Virus record (IMG/VR): IMGVR_UViG_3300004151_000006
Location: 1-64,000 of that record
DNA length: 64,000 nt
Reading direction: 5' to 3' (one strand)
Below are positions 19,100 to 29,508 of the stretch, piece by piece; position 1 is the first letter of the stretch; the number at the start of each line of letters is the position of its first letter. The position numbers and the translations under genes are program-made. The notes beneath the pieces were generated by a model, which ran no database searches, was not told where the DNA came from, and saw only the letters and a list, made by a program, of their open reading frames with translations.

Positions 19100-19849
19100 G
19101 TGGAACACATTGATCCAATCCAAAGTGATCTCTTTGACCTTTTACCTAATCTTTTCATTGAAAATAATAAACTCTGTGGTATGATAGATATTGATTGTAC
19201 AGAAGTAAATGATTCCCCAGCATTAGCTGCATGTTATCACCATGTGGATGAAGATGAGCATCCTATCTTTCCAGCTTATCTTGAAAACATCTTAAATGTT
19301 AAAATGTTGTATTATCGTGTGATGGCACAGATCCACGATACACAAAATACACAGATCCCAAATATCACCACTTTTCATTTAGTAAAAAATGATGAACATC
19401 CAGATACATGTATATCTTCCATAGAGAAACAATTATATCTTGGTATGTTTAGATTCTATAATGAAATCTATGGATTAGATGGATGTGATATCATTGATAA
19501 TAAAGATAAATTAAACCTAGTATTTAATGATGCTTCATATGAGAGTATCCTTCAAACATTTATCTTATTTCAATTAGAATATAGTGAAAATATATTCTTT
19601 CCCATTCCTTTTAAATGTATTGGTTTTTTAAAAGATAAATATATTGCTACACCATTTTATCCAGAACATGAATTTATTGAAAATGGTAATTATTTCAATT
19701 CAAAATTTATTAGTATAAATGAATCTACATTATCAGAGATGTATGATAAACCTGATAGTCCTTTTCAACTTTATCTATATCACGGTAATCAGTTGATTGA
19801 AAATACTAAAGATACTTCTAAAAAGTATTTTGGTGAATATGGATTTTAA
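19100..19849 (+). CDS. hypothetical protein
   Basis: AGGAG RBS, GTG start. Confidence 0.75.
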   Translation: MEHIDPIQSDLFDLLPNLFIENNKLCGMIDIDCTEVNDSPALAACYHHVDEDEHPIFPAYLENILNVKMLYYRVMAQIHDTQNTQIPNITTFHLVKNDEHPDTCISSIEKQLYLGMFRFYNEIYGLDGCDIIDNKDKLNLVFNDASYESILQTFILFQLEYSENIFFPIPFKCIGFLKDKYIATPFYPEHEFIENGNYFNSKFISINESTLSEMYDKPDSPFQLYLYHGNQLIENTKDTSKKYFGEYGF

Positions 19850-19938
19850 ATATAAGTTTTATATCATTTCAATAATTAGTCTATTGATTAATATAGCTAT
19901 AGTTTATTTTGAGACCAAACACTCAAAGGAGAAGCCAC

Positions 19939-20292
19939 ATGTCAAACGATCATCTGACTAACATCCCCGGTCTTGAAAAAGAAACTCCCCGGAACATTGA
20001 TCAGGACACTCCGGAGACTGAGACGTATGAGGATCTCAATGTCGTCAAGTTTGGTGAAGTCCTTATCAATGGGATAAAGACCAGACAAAGTCTGGTCTTT
20101 TGTCCTGAATGTGGGGATCCCCGTATCGAGATGGAAGCTATTGCTATCTTCCGTCTCACCAATCAACATGTGTGGTCTTTGGTGCCCATCACCCAAGAAG
20201 AACTGATCGAAGTGCTCAATCGGGATGACAATCAGTGCACCTGTACTGAATGTGGTTGGACTGGTACATTTGGTGAATTGGGACACTTTTAA
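19939..20292 (+). CDS. Zn-ribbon protein
   Basis: AAGGAG RBS; CPECG...CTECGWTG. Confidence 0.75.
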   Translation: MSNDHLTNIPGLEKETPRNIDQDTPETETYEDLNVVKFGEVLINGIKTRQSLVFCPECGDPRIEMEAIAIFRLTNQHVWSLVPITQEELIEVLNRDDNQCTCTECGWTGTFGELGHF

Positions 20293-20309
20293 ACTAGGAT
20301 TGTGTTCAC

Positions 20310-20591
20310 ATGCCACGCATACTTATTGTAGATGGTATTCCACACTGGGATGGTACACACATTGCTAAAATGATTGTTGATTTTATTGCAGCTTTAAATA
20401 CATATCCAGTCATTACACCAATGGAACAAAAATCTATGTTTCAAATAGATATGGAATGGCAATATAAAATGCAACAAGTTGATCATAGTTTTAAGTGGTT
20501 ACCTAATAGAACACCACATCTTAAACCTAAAACTAAGTTTACTATGATAAAAGCCAACCATAGAAATAGACATCATTTGTTTGGAAAATAA
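20310..20591 (+). CDS. hypothetical protein
   Basis: 93 aa followed by hairpin. Confidence 0.6.
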   Translation: MPRILIVDGIPHWDGTHIAKMIVDFIAALNTYPVITPMEQKSMFQIDMEWQYKMQQVDHSFKWLPNRTPHLKPKTKFTMIKANHRNRHHLFGK

Positions 20592-20601
20592 CAGACAGAT
20601 A

Positions 20602-20633
20602 CACCATGGGCTGGGATATCCCAGCCCATGGTG
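20602..20633. terminator. perfect 32-nt palindrome between convergent genes
   Basis: caccatgggctgggat|atcccagcccatggtg. Confidence 0.75.
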
Positions 20634-20660
20634 ATCTCACACTCTTTATTTTTTTATCGG

Positions 20661-20777
20661 TTACCAACCACAATCTGAAATTATCTCACAAAAGAGTCTA
20701 ATCATAAGGACACACATTGTACCCATCACGAAGATCGCTGTTATAACGACACATGGATCTTTCCCATTGGGTTCCAT
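20661..20777 (-). CDS. 38-aa hydrophobic peptide (not in ORF track)
   Basis: MEPNGKDPCVVITAIFVMGTMCVLMIRLFCEIISDCGW; GGAGG upstream; follows RNase H. Confidence 0.4.
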   Translation of the reverse strand: MEPNGKDPCVVITAIFVMGTMCVLMIRLFCEIISDCGW

Positions 20778-20783
20778 ACAAAT

Positions 20784-21239
20784 TTAGGTCCTCCAATATC
20801 CTCCACAATTATACTGAATTTGTAAAGCTAGACCATCACATAATTCATTACCAGCATCACCATTGTGTCCACGTACCCAATATGCTTTGATCATATGCAT
20901 GTGTTTATATTTCAAGATCTCCATCCATAAGTCCTGATTGAGCACTGGATTACCAGATGATGAAGTCCATCCGTTATTGGCCCAACCAGATACCCACTGA
21001 TTGATACCATTGACCACATATTGACTATCTGAATAAATATCTACTCTACATTTACAGGTAAGCTGAGCTAATGATGTCAATACCGCCTGTATCTCCATTC
21101 TATTGTTTGTAGTGTCTTTGACATAATCACAAAGCATGAGGTCGTGGTGTCCACAGGAGAGATATGCTCCCCATCCACCAGCACCATATTTTTTACTATA
21201 GGCACCATCAGCATATATCGTCACATGAGGCAAACTCAT
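20784..21239 (-). CDS. rnhA: ribonuclease HI
   Basis: IYADGA, TTNNRME, YSDSQYV, NQDLW, WVRGHNGDAGNELCD. Confidence 0.95.
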   Translation of the reverse strand: MSLPHVTIYADGAYSKKYGAGGWGAYLSCGHHDLMLCDYVKDTTNNRMEIQAVLTSLAQLTCKCRVDIYSDSQYVVNGINQWVSGWANNGWTSSSGNPVLNQDLWMEILKYKHMHMIKAYWVRGHNGDAGNELCDGLALQIQYNCGGYWRT

Positions 21240-21287
21240 ATTAGCTATCCCCCTACAATATAGGAAAATAGCGTATTTTATGATAGT

Positions 21288-21887
21288 CTATTTAGCAAAA
21301 CTCTGGATATACTTTGCCAGAATATTCCAAATACCTAAAGCTTGAAATATAACAACAAATGTAATGATACCAGTACAAGCCATATTGGCAATAATACTTG
21401 TTTTAGCTATCTTTTTAACATCGTTTATTTCATCATCATGAGTAATCACTTTTTCACAAGTGCTACGTACTTTATTGAATTGCTCATTGACTTTACTAAT
21501 ATGGTTGATGAGTTCATTTCTAATAGTTTCTTTATCTTTATTAAGAGTTTCAATATTGTTGATATTTTTATGTTGTCTATTTTCAATATCTTTAATGAAA
21601 TCCTGAGCATGTAACATAGTTTCTTTTAATCCAAACAGGGCTTGTTCAAGATTTTCATATTTCTCTGAATGTGTTTCTGTAATGGTTTTAATGGAATTGA
21701 TATTTTTACCAAGAATAGTGTTGGCTTTTAAGATACCATCCACTTTTCCATTGAGTGGTGATACTTTTGTATCCACTTCTTTCATTGAAGATTGAAGTCC
21801 ATTGATCTTAGTTTCCAGTGCTTTAGTCAAGCTAGCTACAGCTTCAATATCTTTTTTCAAGTCTTCTAATGTAATATCAGGAGGCAT
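21288..21887 (-). CDS. coiled-coil protein with C-terminal TM anchor
   Basis: heptad-rich body, hydrophobic C-terminus; next to holin-like gene. Confidence 0.7.
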   Translation of the reverse strand: MPPDITLEDLKKDIEAVASLTKALETKINGLQSSMKEVDTKVSPLNGKVDGILKANTILGKNINSIKTITETHSEKYENLEQALFGLKETMLHAQDFIKDIENRQHKNINNIETLNKDKETIRNELINHISKVNEQFNKVRSTCEKVITHDDEINDVKKIAKTSIIANMACTGIITFVVIFQALGIWNILAKYIQSFAK

Positions 21888-21896
21888 AATCTACAC

Positions 21897-22547
21897 CTAT
21901 TCCCTAGGCAAGTGCTCTCCATCCTCGGAGAGAACTTGGTGTGAAGTTGAACTACTGGGTGTGCCACTGATTGGATTGTTGGTTGATCCATTTGGTCGAG
22001 TTGATTTATTTGTATTCCTTAAACTACTTGTGGTATCACTACTCCCAAAGAAGAATCCCACAATAGCACTCAATATACCAAGTAAGAAACCAATAGCAGT
22101 ATCAGCAAATCGAATACTTTTTTCTGGGATCTCATAAAACGTAATCATAAACACATATCCAAAAACCAAGACAGTGATGATGAGTCCAAATAAAGGGGGG
22201 AAATATTTAAAGAATTTATTATCTTTATTAGATTCAATAAGTTTCATATAAGTTTCTCTAGCATGTTTAGTGTCTTCAGTAACTATTTTTTTATATTGAA
22301 CATAAAATTCACTAATAGTTGAGAAATTATCAAAAGCACACTTTCTTAATTGTTCAATGGTTTGATCGTCTAATGTAGCCAATACATCAGGATTGCTGAT
22401 ATCTATACCAATTTGTGTTTTAATGAGATTAGCCAATTCACGAATACCAGCATCATCCATGTTAGATAAAAACCCATATAGAAAATCAAGTTTGGTTGAT
22501 AAGACTGTATCACCAATCTTGTTGAGTAAGTTAGACATGGGGTACAC
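21897..22547 (-). CDS. holin-like two-TM protein
   Basis: two TM segments ending GFLLGILSAIVGFFFGSS. Confidence 0.55.
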   Translation of the reverse strand: MYPMSNLLNKIGDTVLSTKLDFLYGFLSNMDDAGIRELANLIKTQIGIDISNPDVLATLDDQTIEQLRKCAFDNFSTISEFYVQYKKIVTEDTKHARETYMKLIESNKDNKFFKYFPPLFGLIITVLVFGYVFMITFYEIPEKSIRFADTAIGFLLGILSAIVGFFFGSSDTTSSLRNTNKSTRPNGSTNNPISGTPSSSTSHQVLSEDGEHLPRE

Positions 22548-22610
22548 ACTCCTTTGATACTTTAGTATCTATAAGATGTAAAAAATAAAAAATACAAATA
22601 GTCAAATAAA

Positions 22611-22646
22611 CACCTACCCCACTCCAAGAGAGGAGTGGGGTAGGTG
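22611..22646. terminator. GC-rich hairpin (15-bp arms)
   Basis: cacctaccccactcc-aagaga-ggagtggggtaggtg, downstream of 22686..23537. Confidence 0.75.
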
Positions 22647-22685
22647 ATACATCCGAAGATGATTGACCTTGGCTTGCAGGTCTGG

Positions 22686-23537
22686 TTAGACCGGCAGATC
22701 CAGGATGGCATCCAGATCGGCGGCGCCGAGAGTGGCACAGACGACCTTGTGATCGTACATGATGGCATTAGCAGCCTGGACGTTGTCGTAGTCGGTGACG
22801 TCGGCGTTGGTCTCAACAGTGGACAGGCGAGCGATCTCGACCTTGGTCATCTTGCCGTAGGTGGCGCCATCCAGGACATCGTCCAGGGTATTGGCATTGT
22901 CGCCACGGAACTTGAAGTGATCCTGCAGCTGCAGGGTCCAGTTGACATCCAGCGTGCCGATCTCGGAGACCTTGTTCCAGGACATGGGCAGAGCACCGGA
23001 TCCATCCGGGTCATACCAGACATAGATCGCAGCGCCGGCGGTGACAGAGGTATCACCGGGAGTTTTCTCGCCGCCGCCGGTGATGGTGCCGTTGGTGGCA
23101 TCGACGACCAGGATCAGGGTCGAATGGAAGGAAGCATCCAGAGCCTGCAGGTCACCATAGGTCTCGACCACCTTGACGGTGTTGAGGATGAAGCCGGGCA
23201 GCTGATCATGACGGATCTTGCCGGTGGCGTCGGAGAGGATCATGGACTCGGGGATGTTCTGGCCGACCTTCAGAGAATAGGTCAGCCCGCCGTCGGCGGT
23301 GGTAAAGAGCTTGTCGAGCAGGACGCGGTATTCGGTAGGCAACGAAGCTTCGATGGCCCAGGGCAGCTGGGCGAAGGTCTTGGTGCCGTCGCCGACTTTG
23401 ATCCGACCAAGCGAGCTGTCACGGACGGCCAGACCAGCAGGGATGTTTTTGGTGTTATTGACCCAATTGGCCGAGGTATCGCTCGGCATCGGGGCCAACA
23501 GATTGGCGGTGTTGCGTTTGGTAGCGGAACCGGGCAT
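22686..23537 (-). CDS. virion fibre/decoration protein with Mtd-N/hyaluronidase-N-like domain
   Basis: GRIKVGDGTKTFAQLPW motif; AAGGAG RBS; codons strongly C/G-ending. Confidence 0.7.
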   Translation of the reverse strand: MPGSATKRNTANLLAPMPSDTSANWVNNTKNIPAGLAVRDSSLGRIKVGDGTKTFAQLPWAIEASLPTEYRVLLDKLFTTADGGLTYSLKVGQNIPESMILSDATGKIRHDQLPGFILNTVKVVETYGDLQALDASFHSTLILVVDATNGTITGGGEKTPGDTSVTAGAAIYVWYDPDGSGALPMSWNKVSEIGTLDVNWTLQLQDHFKFRGDNANTLDDVLDGATYGKMTKVEIARLSTVETNADVTDYDNVQAANAIMYDHKVVCATLGAADLDAILDLPV

Positions 23538-23658
23538 CGGATATTCTCCTTAATGCGTGCTTGTTGAATCAAATTTAGGAAAACCAAATACACTTCAGTA
23601 TAAAGGTCTCCTAGTGCCTATAAGATGTAAGCTTGGATCAACTGAAGCTTACAGAAAA

Positions 23659-23862
23659 TTAAAACAAAGATTTGATCATGGATGGTAGAATAACAAGACC
23701 CCTGAGTACACCTGCTACCACCACACATCCCATAGCCATGACTACTACATACGCTAAAAAGACCTTTAGGAACTTGATCTTTGACCTGCAACGAAAATCT
23801 GTCTGGAAATATTCCTTCTTGGTCTTTTCCAGCAATGGAGAATTGAAATTGATAACTGCCAC
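23659..23862 (-). CDS. small membrane protein
   Basis: AAGGAGG + GTG; C-terminal hydrophobic helix. Confidence 0.55.
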   Translation of the reverse strand: MAVINFNSPLLEKTKKEYFQTDFRCRSKIKFLKVFLAYVVVMAMGCVVVAGVLRGLVILPSMIKSLF

Positions 23863-23909
23863 GGTAGCCTCCTTTTTTGGATGAGTCTTAGAATCATTAA
23901 AGGTTTAAT

Positions 23910-25091
23910 ATGCTGACCAAGCATGCTATGTCTAGGCATGTGAAACCTTACATAGTACTTACTTGGGAGGACCTCTGTTTGATGGACGAAACACTACACA
24001 CACCTACAGTTACACAGGATATCTTAAACTTACGCTTTATTTCCGATGCTGCAGAAACGTATGTCTGTGATCAGGAGTACGTCTCAAAGTATGGCCAAGA
24101 TACAGTAAAAGAAGAAGACCTACTATTTGATCTATATGAAATAATCAAAAATGAATTAGTTGATCTGGGTATTGTTTATTGGGACACACAATATAATCCA
24201 TTAGAAGATTGGTATCAAGCACGTAGTCTTTATTATCTTAGAAAAGTATTTGATGAAGATGTATTGTTGATATTACTTAAACAAAATGATAGTGTAATAC
24301 CTGGTATTGAAACTATCATCTCTTCAGATGAAAGTGATGAAAGTGATATACATTTAGTATTAGAATTACTTAACAATACATTTATTGATCATCCTGATAT
24401 ATTGATGTGCATGGAATTTCAAGATAAGATCATCTCTACGGATAGATTCACTGAACATTTAAAAGCTATCATCTATACACATAAACATCTAGCTACCACC
24501 ACTATTGATGATCCTGAAATAGTGTTACCTTATATCAAACAAATTGAATTGGGCAGAGTGCGAGTAAAAGAAGCAGTAGAACGAATATTACTCAATCTTG
24601 ATGAGACTGGTAAAATCATGACCACTGATATAACAAATTGTGGAAGATCTAGTATTGATATGGAGCTACTTGATACTCTTCTTAGAAATTATGATTTGGA
24701 TAAACTTCAACCTAATGAGATTGGATATTATGCAGTTTTAGATAGACCTGATGAAAATATAGATAAGGTACAACTGGAATTTAAACAAAAATATATGGAT
24801 ATTCATCACAATAGAAGCCCACATCACATTGAGTATTGGAAATCACATGGAATATTAAACCTCACCAATACCAATATTCTAATGTTAATGGCACACATTT
24901 ATAATCCTTATTTAAATGGTGATGAATTTGTCACTGAATTTGCAAATATGAGAAAGATAGCTATCACTATATTCACTGAAGATCAGATTAAGATCTTAGA
25001 TACATATGGTCTGGTATTGATGGGTACTATGAGAGATCATGGTCAGGAGGATCAATATGGTCACATACCAGATCATTCCATCGTCTCATAA
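23910..25091 (+). CDS. hypothetical protein upstream of RNAP subunit
   Basis: 393-aa ORF; start uncertain. Confidence 0.75.
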   Translation: MLTKHAMSRHVKPYIVLTWEDLCLMDETLHTPTVTQDILNLRFISDAAETYVCDQEYVSKYGQDTVKEEDLLFDLYEIIKNELVDLGIVYWDTQYNPLEDWYQARSLYYLRKVFDEDVLLILLKQNDSVIPGIETIISSDESDESDIHLVLELLNNTFIDHPDILMCMEFQDKIISTDRFTEHLKAIIYTHKHLATTTIDDPEIVLPYIKQIELGRVRVKEAVERILLNLDETGKIMTTDITNCGRSSIDMELLDTLLRNYDLDKLQPNEIGYYAVLDRPDENIDKVQLEFKQKYMDIHHNRSPHHIEYWKSHGILNLTNTNILMLMAHIYNPYLNGDEFVTEFANMRKIAITIFTEDQIKILDTYGLVLMGTMRDHGQEDQYGHIPDHSIVS

Positions 25092-26811
25092 ACCTACAGA
25101 TGGGCAAGTCTCTCCTAAAGTAACTTTTTTAGTAGAGAATAGAGCATCTTTGATTTATAGAGAATTTCTGATTCAACTATTCACATATTCTACAAAACAT
25201 ACATTTGATCTTCCAGCTAATGTATTGGGTAAAGATACTATCAAGATAGATGCAGATACTGCTTTCGAATTAGATACTCTAATGGAACAACGTATTGTAG
25301 CTATACCAAAAAATAGTAAACCAATTAGTTTTCCCAAATCTGATGATATTGAAGCACTCAAATTACAAGATCGTATCATCACTACACGTATCATGGTAGA
25401 AAAGAATAAATACTCTATGGGTGATATCGTAGTAGCTCCTTGGGGATATAGATATGTAGTATCTAAACGTGTAGTCTATAAACGTCTCATTGATCACCCA
25501 TATTACAACGAATTGACTGATAGTCAAAAAGCTGAGATAGGTACTAATTTCTTTGATGTACTCACCTTAGATAAATTGGATGGTAGTAGACCCGTCCTCA
25601 GTGGTAGGGATTTTTATATCTATGGTGTAGCCTTTAAGACCATTGGTGATCATGATTTACCTTTAAATGACACTAATGGTAAAACCCCATGTAGTGTTAT
25701 CCTAGTCAAATTGTCAGAAAGCGGTGATATACCTATTTTCACTCCTACAGATACTTTCAAATTACAAAATGGTATGATAGAGAATTATACAGAATCAGCT
25801 AAAGCTATTGAAACTACTGTAGGAAGATATCTTTTAAATTATTTGATCTTAGTGAGACCGTTTAATAAACTTTTCACTTATATCAATGAACCATTTAATA
25901 TTGGTAAAATTGATACTATGGTAGCTACTGAATTATTAAACAAGACTATTGGTAGAAAAGAATATGATGATTACATGGCCTATGGATTTTTCATTGGTCA
26001 ATTTAGTGAATTCAGTGTACCAGGATTATCTAGAAAATCATTGACTACAGATCCCAAGATCAAAGCTCTCCGTGAAAAGCTTTTAAAAGAACATGCTCAT
26101 GAATTAGGTGATCCCACAGTACTTACGGCGATAGAAACACAGTTAGTTGAAGCTGATAAAGAATGGATAAAAGGTGATAGTAGTGAACATTTCTATGCAG
26201 TCACTGCAAATAAATCGTATAATGAACATAGAAAAAAGATGTTTCTCACTATGGGACTCATGCAATCTTTTAAATCTACAAGTACTGAATACACATTCAT
26301 CCCCAATAGTCTCTCTGAAGGATTCGATATCAAATATATGCCAGATGTTGCTAATGAAATTAGACGTGGTAGCTATGATCGTGGTAAAAATACTGCTAAT
26401 GGTGGTGTACAGACTAAAGACTTACTTCGTATCTTTAGTACATTACGTATTGTAGCTGATGATTGTCATACCAATGGGGGCATTAGATTATTACTCACTG
26501 AAGAGAATTATAAACATTATATCAAACGATATACCATGCATGCTGGTAAATCTATATTACTTACAAATGACAATATCAAAGAGTTTATTGGTAAAAATCT
26601 CATCATCCGTAGCCCAATGTATTGTAAAACAAAAGAAGGGCTGTGTAATATTTGCGCTGGAGAATACTTTAAAGAGCTCAATAGTACAGCCATTGGTATG
26701 TTAGCTCTAGATGTTGGATCAAAGTTTACTTCTATATCTATGAAATCCATGCACTTCAGTGGTATTAAATCTACCACCATCCATTCACTTTCACCATTTT
26801 TCTACGGATAA
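25057..26811 (+). CDS. virion RNA polymerase beta' C-terminal subunit (phiKZ gp80-like)
   Basis: ETTVGRYLLN, RRGSYDRGKNTANGG, DDCHT, IRSPMYC..GLCNICAG, SMKSMH; AGGAGG before ATG 25057. Confidence 0.88.
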   Translation: MVTYQIIPSSHKPTDGQVSPKVTFLVENRASLIYREFLIQLFTYSTKHTFDLPANVLGKDTIKIDADTAFELDTLMEQRIVAIPKNSKPISFPKSDDIEALKLQDRIITTRIMVEKNKYSMGDIVVAPWGYRYVVSKRVVYKRLIDHPYYNELTDSQKAEIGTNFFDVLTLDKLDGSRPVLSGRDFYIYGVAFKTIGDHDLPLNDTNGKTPCSVILVKLSESGDIPIFTPTDTFKLQNGMIENYTESAKAIETTVGRYLLNYLILVRPFNKLFTYINEPFNIGKIDTMVATELLNKTIGRKEYDDYMAYGFFIGQFSEFSVPGLSRKSLTTDPKIKALREKLLKEHAHELGDPTVLTAIETQLVEADKEWIKGDSSEHFYAVTANKSYNEHRKKMFLTMGLMQSFKSTSTEYTFIPNSLSEGFDIKYMPDVANEIRRGSYDRGKNTANGGVQTKDLLRIFSTLRIVADDCHTNGGIRLLLTEENYKHYIKRYTMHAGKSILLTNDNIKEFIGKNLIIRSPMYCKTKEGLCNICAGEYFKELNSTAIGMLALDVGSKFTSISMKSMHFSGIKSTTIHSLSPFFYG

Positions 26812-26840
26812 ATGGTATACTCTTCTAGGAGGACAGATTA

Positions 26841-27605
26841 ATGGCTACCACTACCATCAAGTCTCTCGGTGATATTAAAAAGACTTTGGCTGACTCTACC
26901 ACGCCAACTGTGAGTGATACTACCACTGAGTTTCCCACTACACTGGATACTCCGATTGCTAATATGGAAACTGAAGATAATAGCACCGTGACCAATACTA
27001 CTAACAGTGCACCTAGTGTAAATTATGTAAAAGATGCAAATACTCCTCTTCCTGGATTAGTTGATTATGATGAGGTGATTACAAGCGATCCTGTACAGCT
27101 TGGTAGTATCCAGCGTATTGAAGGTGGTGTGACATCAAAGACTTCTACCCCGATGACTATCGCTGGACAGCCAGATAAAGTGATCCCGACTATCGTCAGT
27201 GTTGAACAGATGGCATATCAACTCAAGATGTATATTGAAAATTACTTGAAGAAAAATACTTCTTTAATCGTTCCTTTTAAAACTCATCCAGAAGCTAAGA
27301 TTTGTGGTGAAGCTTTTTTACAATTAGTCAATTATGTGGTGGGATGTAATCATCCTCAAATTTATGAAGCTATTTATAATTTCTTTAAAGAGCATAAGAA
27401 TGGTATTCTCAATGAGCACCATGCTCTTCAGGGTACTAACTATTTAAAGAAAGAAGAAAGTATGCGCACTCAAATCTTTTATGAAGTTTTTAATCGTATT
27501 ACTGATGTACCCCGCAGAGCATTGAATGTGGATATCGTGAGAAGTATCTTCACTGGTGAACAAGGTAATACATTAATCAATTATTTGGTCATGAAGACCT
27601 CTTAA
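26841..27605 (+). CDS. conserved phiKZ-like hypothetical protein, Thr-rich N-terminus
   Basis: AGGAGG RBS; downstream of RNAP subunit. Confidence 0.7.
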   Translation: MATTTIKSLGDIKKTLADSTTPTVSDTTTEFPTTLDTPIANMETEDNSTVTNTTNSAPSVNYVKDANTPLPGLVDYDEVITSDPVQLGSIQRIEGGVTSKTSTPMTIAGQPDKVIPTIVSVEQMAYQLKMYIENYLKKNTSLIVPFKTHPEAKICGEAFLQLVNYVVGCNHPQIYEAIYNFFKEHKNGILNEHHALQGTNYLKKEESMRTQIFYEVFNRITDVPRRALNVDIVRSIFTGEQGNTLINYLVMKTS

Positions 27606-27612
27606 ACGATAC

Positions 27613-27648
27613 TAGACATGGGCTGGGGATATCCCCAGCCCATGTCTA
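27613..27648. terminator. perfect 36-nt palindrome between convergent genes
   Basis: tagacatgggctggggat|atccccagcccatgtcta; near-copy of 20602-20633. Confidence 0.75.
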
Positions 27649-27665
27649 CATCTGTGTATCTAAAT

Positions 27666-28235
27666 TTAAATTTTACGATGTTCTTCACGTCTAAGGAATG
27701 CAGTTTCTGCTTCTTCTCTCAATGTAGTAGATAACGCATGTGCACTTGTATGATCATGCTCCAATTCAGTTTTATTCACTACCACACATCCACGTGAATC
27801 AAATTGTGAATTGATGAAATTTTCTTTTTCTTGTTGAGTAAGAGGAATGTATGGCATAGTAGTCACCTCCCGGACATCAATGGTCCGAAGTACACCAGCT
27901 ACCACAGATTGTACATCCATGACATGATCATCTTGTTTCTTTCTCAGTTTAAGTGAAGTACGTTTATAGTGATTATCTTCACTATCCTTCAAAAGCTTAG
28001 CATACGTATCAACCATCTTTGATTGGGCTTCTAATTTTTCTGGATCTCCACCAAGAGAGATATCCATCTCATCCACCACTTTTTCTATTTTAGCAAGGAG
28101 TCTTTCTCTACGATCATCTGCACGAGTAAACGCCCTATCCATATTAAGAAGATCTGTCTCAAGAGAAGAGATCTCTGTTTGAAGATATTCGGGGATACAT
28201 TCTTCCACTTCAATGATTTGTGGTTCTTCTGACAT
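27666..28235 (-). CDS. hypothetical helical protein
   Basis: GGGAG before ATG 28235. Confidence 0.7.
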   Translation of the reverse strand: MSEEPQIIEVEECIPEYLQTEISSLETDLLNMDRAFTRADDRRERLLAKIEKVVDEMDISLGGDPEKLEAQSKMVDTYAKLLKDSEDNHYKRTSLKLRKKQDDHVMDVQSVVAGVLRTIDVREVTTMPYIPLTQQEKENFINSQFDSRGCVVVNKTELEHDHTSAHALSTTLREEAETAFLRREEHRKI

Positions 28236-28365
28236 AATAATTCTCCCATATATATTTAGGATATTTAAAATATCCATGTTTGCTTATGATTTCCCTCATA
28301 GCATGAGTCTTTAGATTTATCTGTATTTTAATATATGTGGTAGTTTTTCAATGAGTCTACAAGCA

Positions 28366-28373
28366 TATATTAC
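28366..28373 (+). promoter_or_regulatory. phiKZ-type early promoter TATATTAC
   Basis: exact match heading accessory cluster 28406-31232. Confidence 0.7.
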
Positions 28374-28405
28374 AAATAAGATACCATTTAAAAGGAGATC
28401 TTTTT

Positions 28406-29017
28406 ATGATGCATGAATTCTTATATGGGTATTCTAAAGGACATGGTCGTAACTTTGAATTTGGTGGATGCAAAAATTGTAATCTTATTATGCGAAAACC
28501 TGTCAATAAAGAACTCGATAATGGTATATTCAAAGAATTGTATAATGATAAAGTATTTCTTGATAATTATATCAGACTTCAAAAGATTAATTTTCCTGGA
28601 TTTAATGAAGATGAATTTCGAGAAGCCGTACATGACATAAATAATCGCACTGATGAAGAAAAGAAAATACTACAATCTACTTATGATTCACAACAAATCG
28701 TTGATGGTGTAAAAATTAATGCATTTCCTGCTGAAATGTATATTATTGGATATGAAGTTGGTACATTACCATATTCTTGGCATTTGGAATATGCTTTCTT
28801 CAGTATTGATGGTACTGGATTTTTATATAGTGAACATTTTAATACTCAATGTGGTAAATGTTCACATTATTTAGAAGAAGAAAATATCTGCAATCTTAAA
28901 TTATTCCCACCAGATCCTGAAATTCAAAGACTGTGTAAACAATTTAAATTAAAGATCTCTGATTTAAATGCACATGATATTTTAAATCAAATTATCAATA
29001 AATCTGAAGGAGTCTAA
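28406..29017 (+). CDS. hypothetical protein with Cys pairs
   Basis: AAGGAG RBS; CKNC, CGKC. Confidence 0.75.
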   Translation: MMHEFLYGYSKGHGRNFEFGGCKNCNLIMRKPVNKELDNGIFKELYNDKVFLDNYIRLQKINFPGFNEDEFREAVHDINNRTDEEKKILQSTYDSQQIVDGVKINAFPAEMYIIGYEVGTLPYSWHLEYAFFSIDGTGFLYSEHFNTQCGKCSHYLEEENICNLKLFPPDPEIQRLCKQFKLKISDLNAHDILNQIINKSEGV

Positions 29018-29021
29018 TCAT

Positions 29022-29507
29022 ATGGCTAAACCACAAGATTCAAATCATTATACTGGGTGCGCTATTACTTCACCTATTGAAGAACAGTCTATAAAAAATA
29101 TACATAAGTTCATTGATGATTCATTGGCATGTCAAGATATTAGGACTGGTGCTACTGATATTTATGTGCTTCGAGTCAAACGCTCTCATTTGAGATATTA
29201 CATCAATGCTCGTAGTGTCAGCAATGATGCAAATAAAGCTTCAGATAATGTATTAGCACTGTGTGATTATCTTCAGGATTTACTCAGTGGAAACTGTCCA
29301 GTAAAATCAGTTAAAGAAATATTAGATAAAGCCATGATGATGTTAGAAGAATCTATTTGGGAAGATGATCTAGAAAATGCTACTAAAAGGTGTAAATATT
29401 GTAAACACAGTCGTGATATTGGTCATGCTAAAGATTGTGATTATTTTGACCTTATCAATCAAAAGAAACACATTGATATAAATGTGGCAGTATATCAAGG
29501 AGACTGA
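29022..29507 (+). CDS. hypothetical protein with CxxC-x6-GH-x3-C motif
   Basis: AAGGAG RBS; CKYCKHSRDIGHAKDC. Confidence 0.75.
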   Translation: MAKPQDSNHYTGCAITSPIEEQSIKNIHKFIDDSLACQDIRTGATDIYVLRVKRSHLRYYINARSVSNDANKASDNVLALCDYLQDLLSGNCPVKSVKEILDKAMMMLEESIWEDDLENATKRCKYCKHSRDIGHAKDCDYFDLINQKKHIDINVAVYQGD

Positions 29508-29508
29508 T

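Noticed and set aside
22644-23567. 307-aa + strand ORF
   Set aside because: Antisense shadow of the GC3-rich gene 22686..23537, which has the RBS and a recognisable motif.
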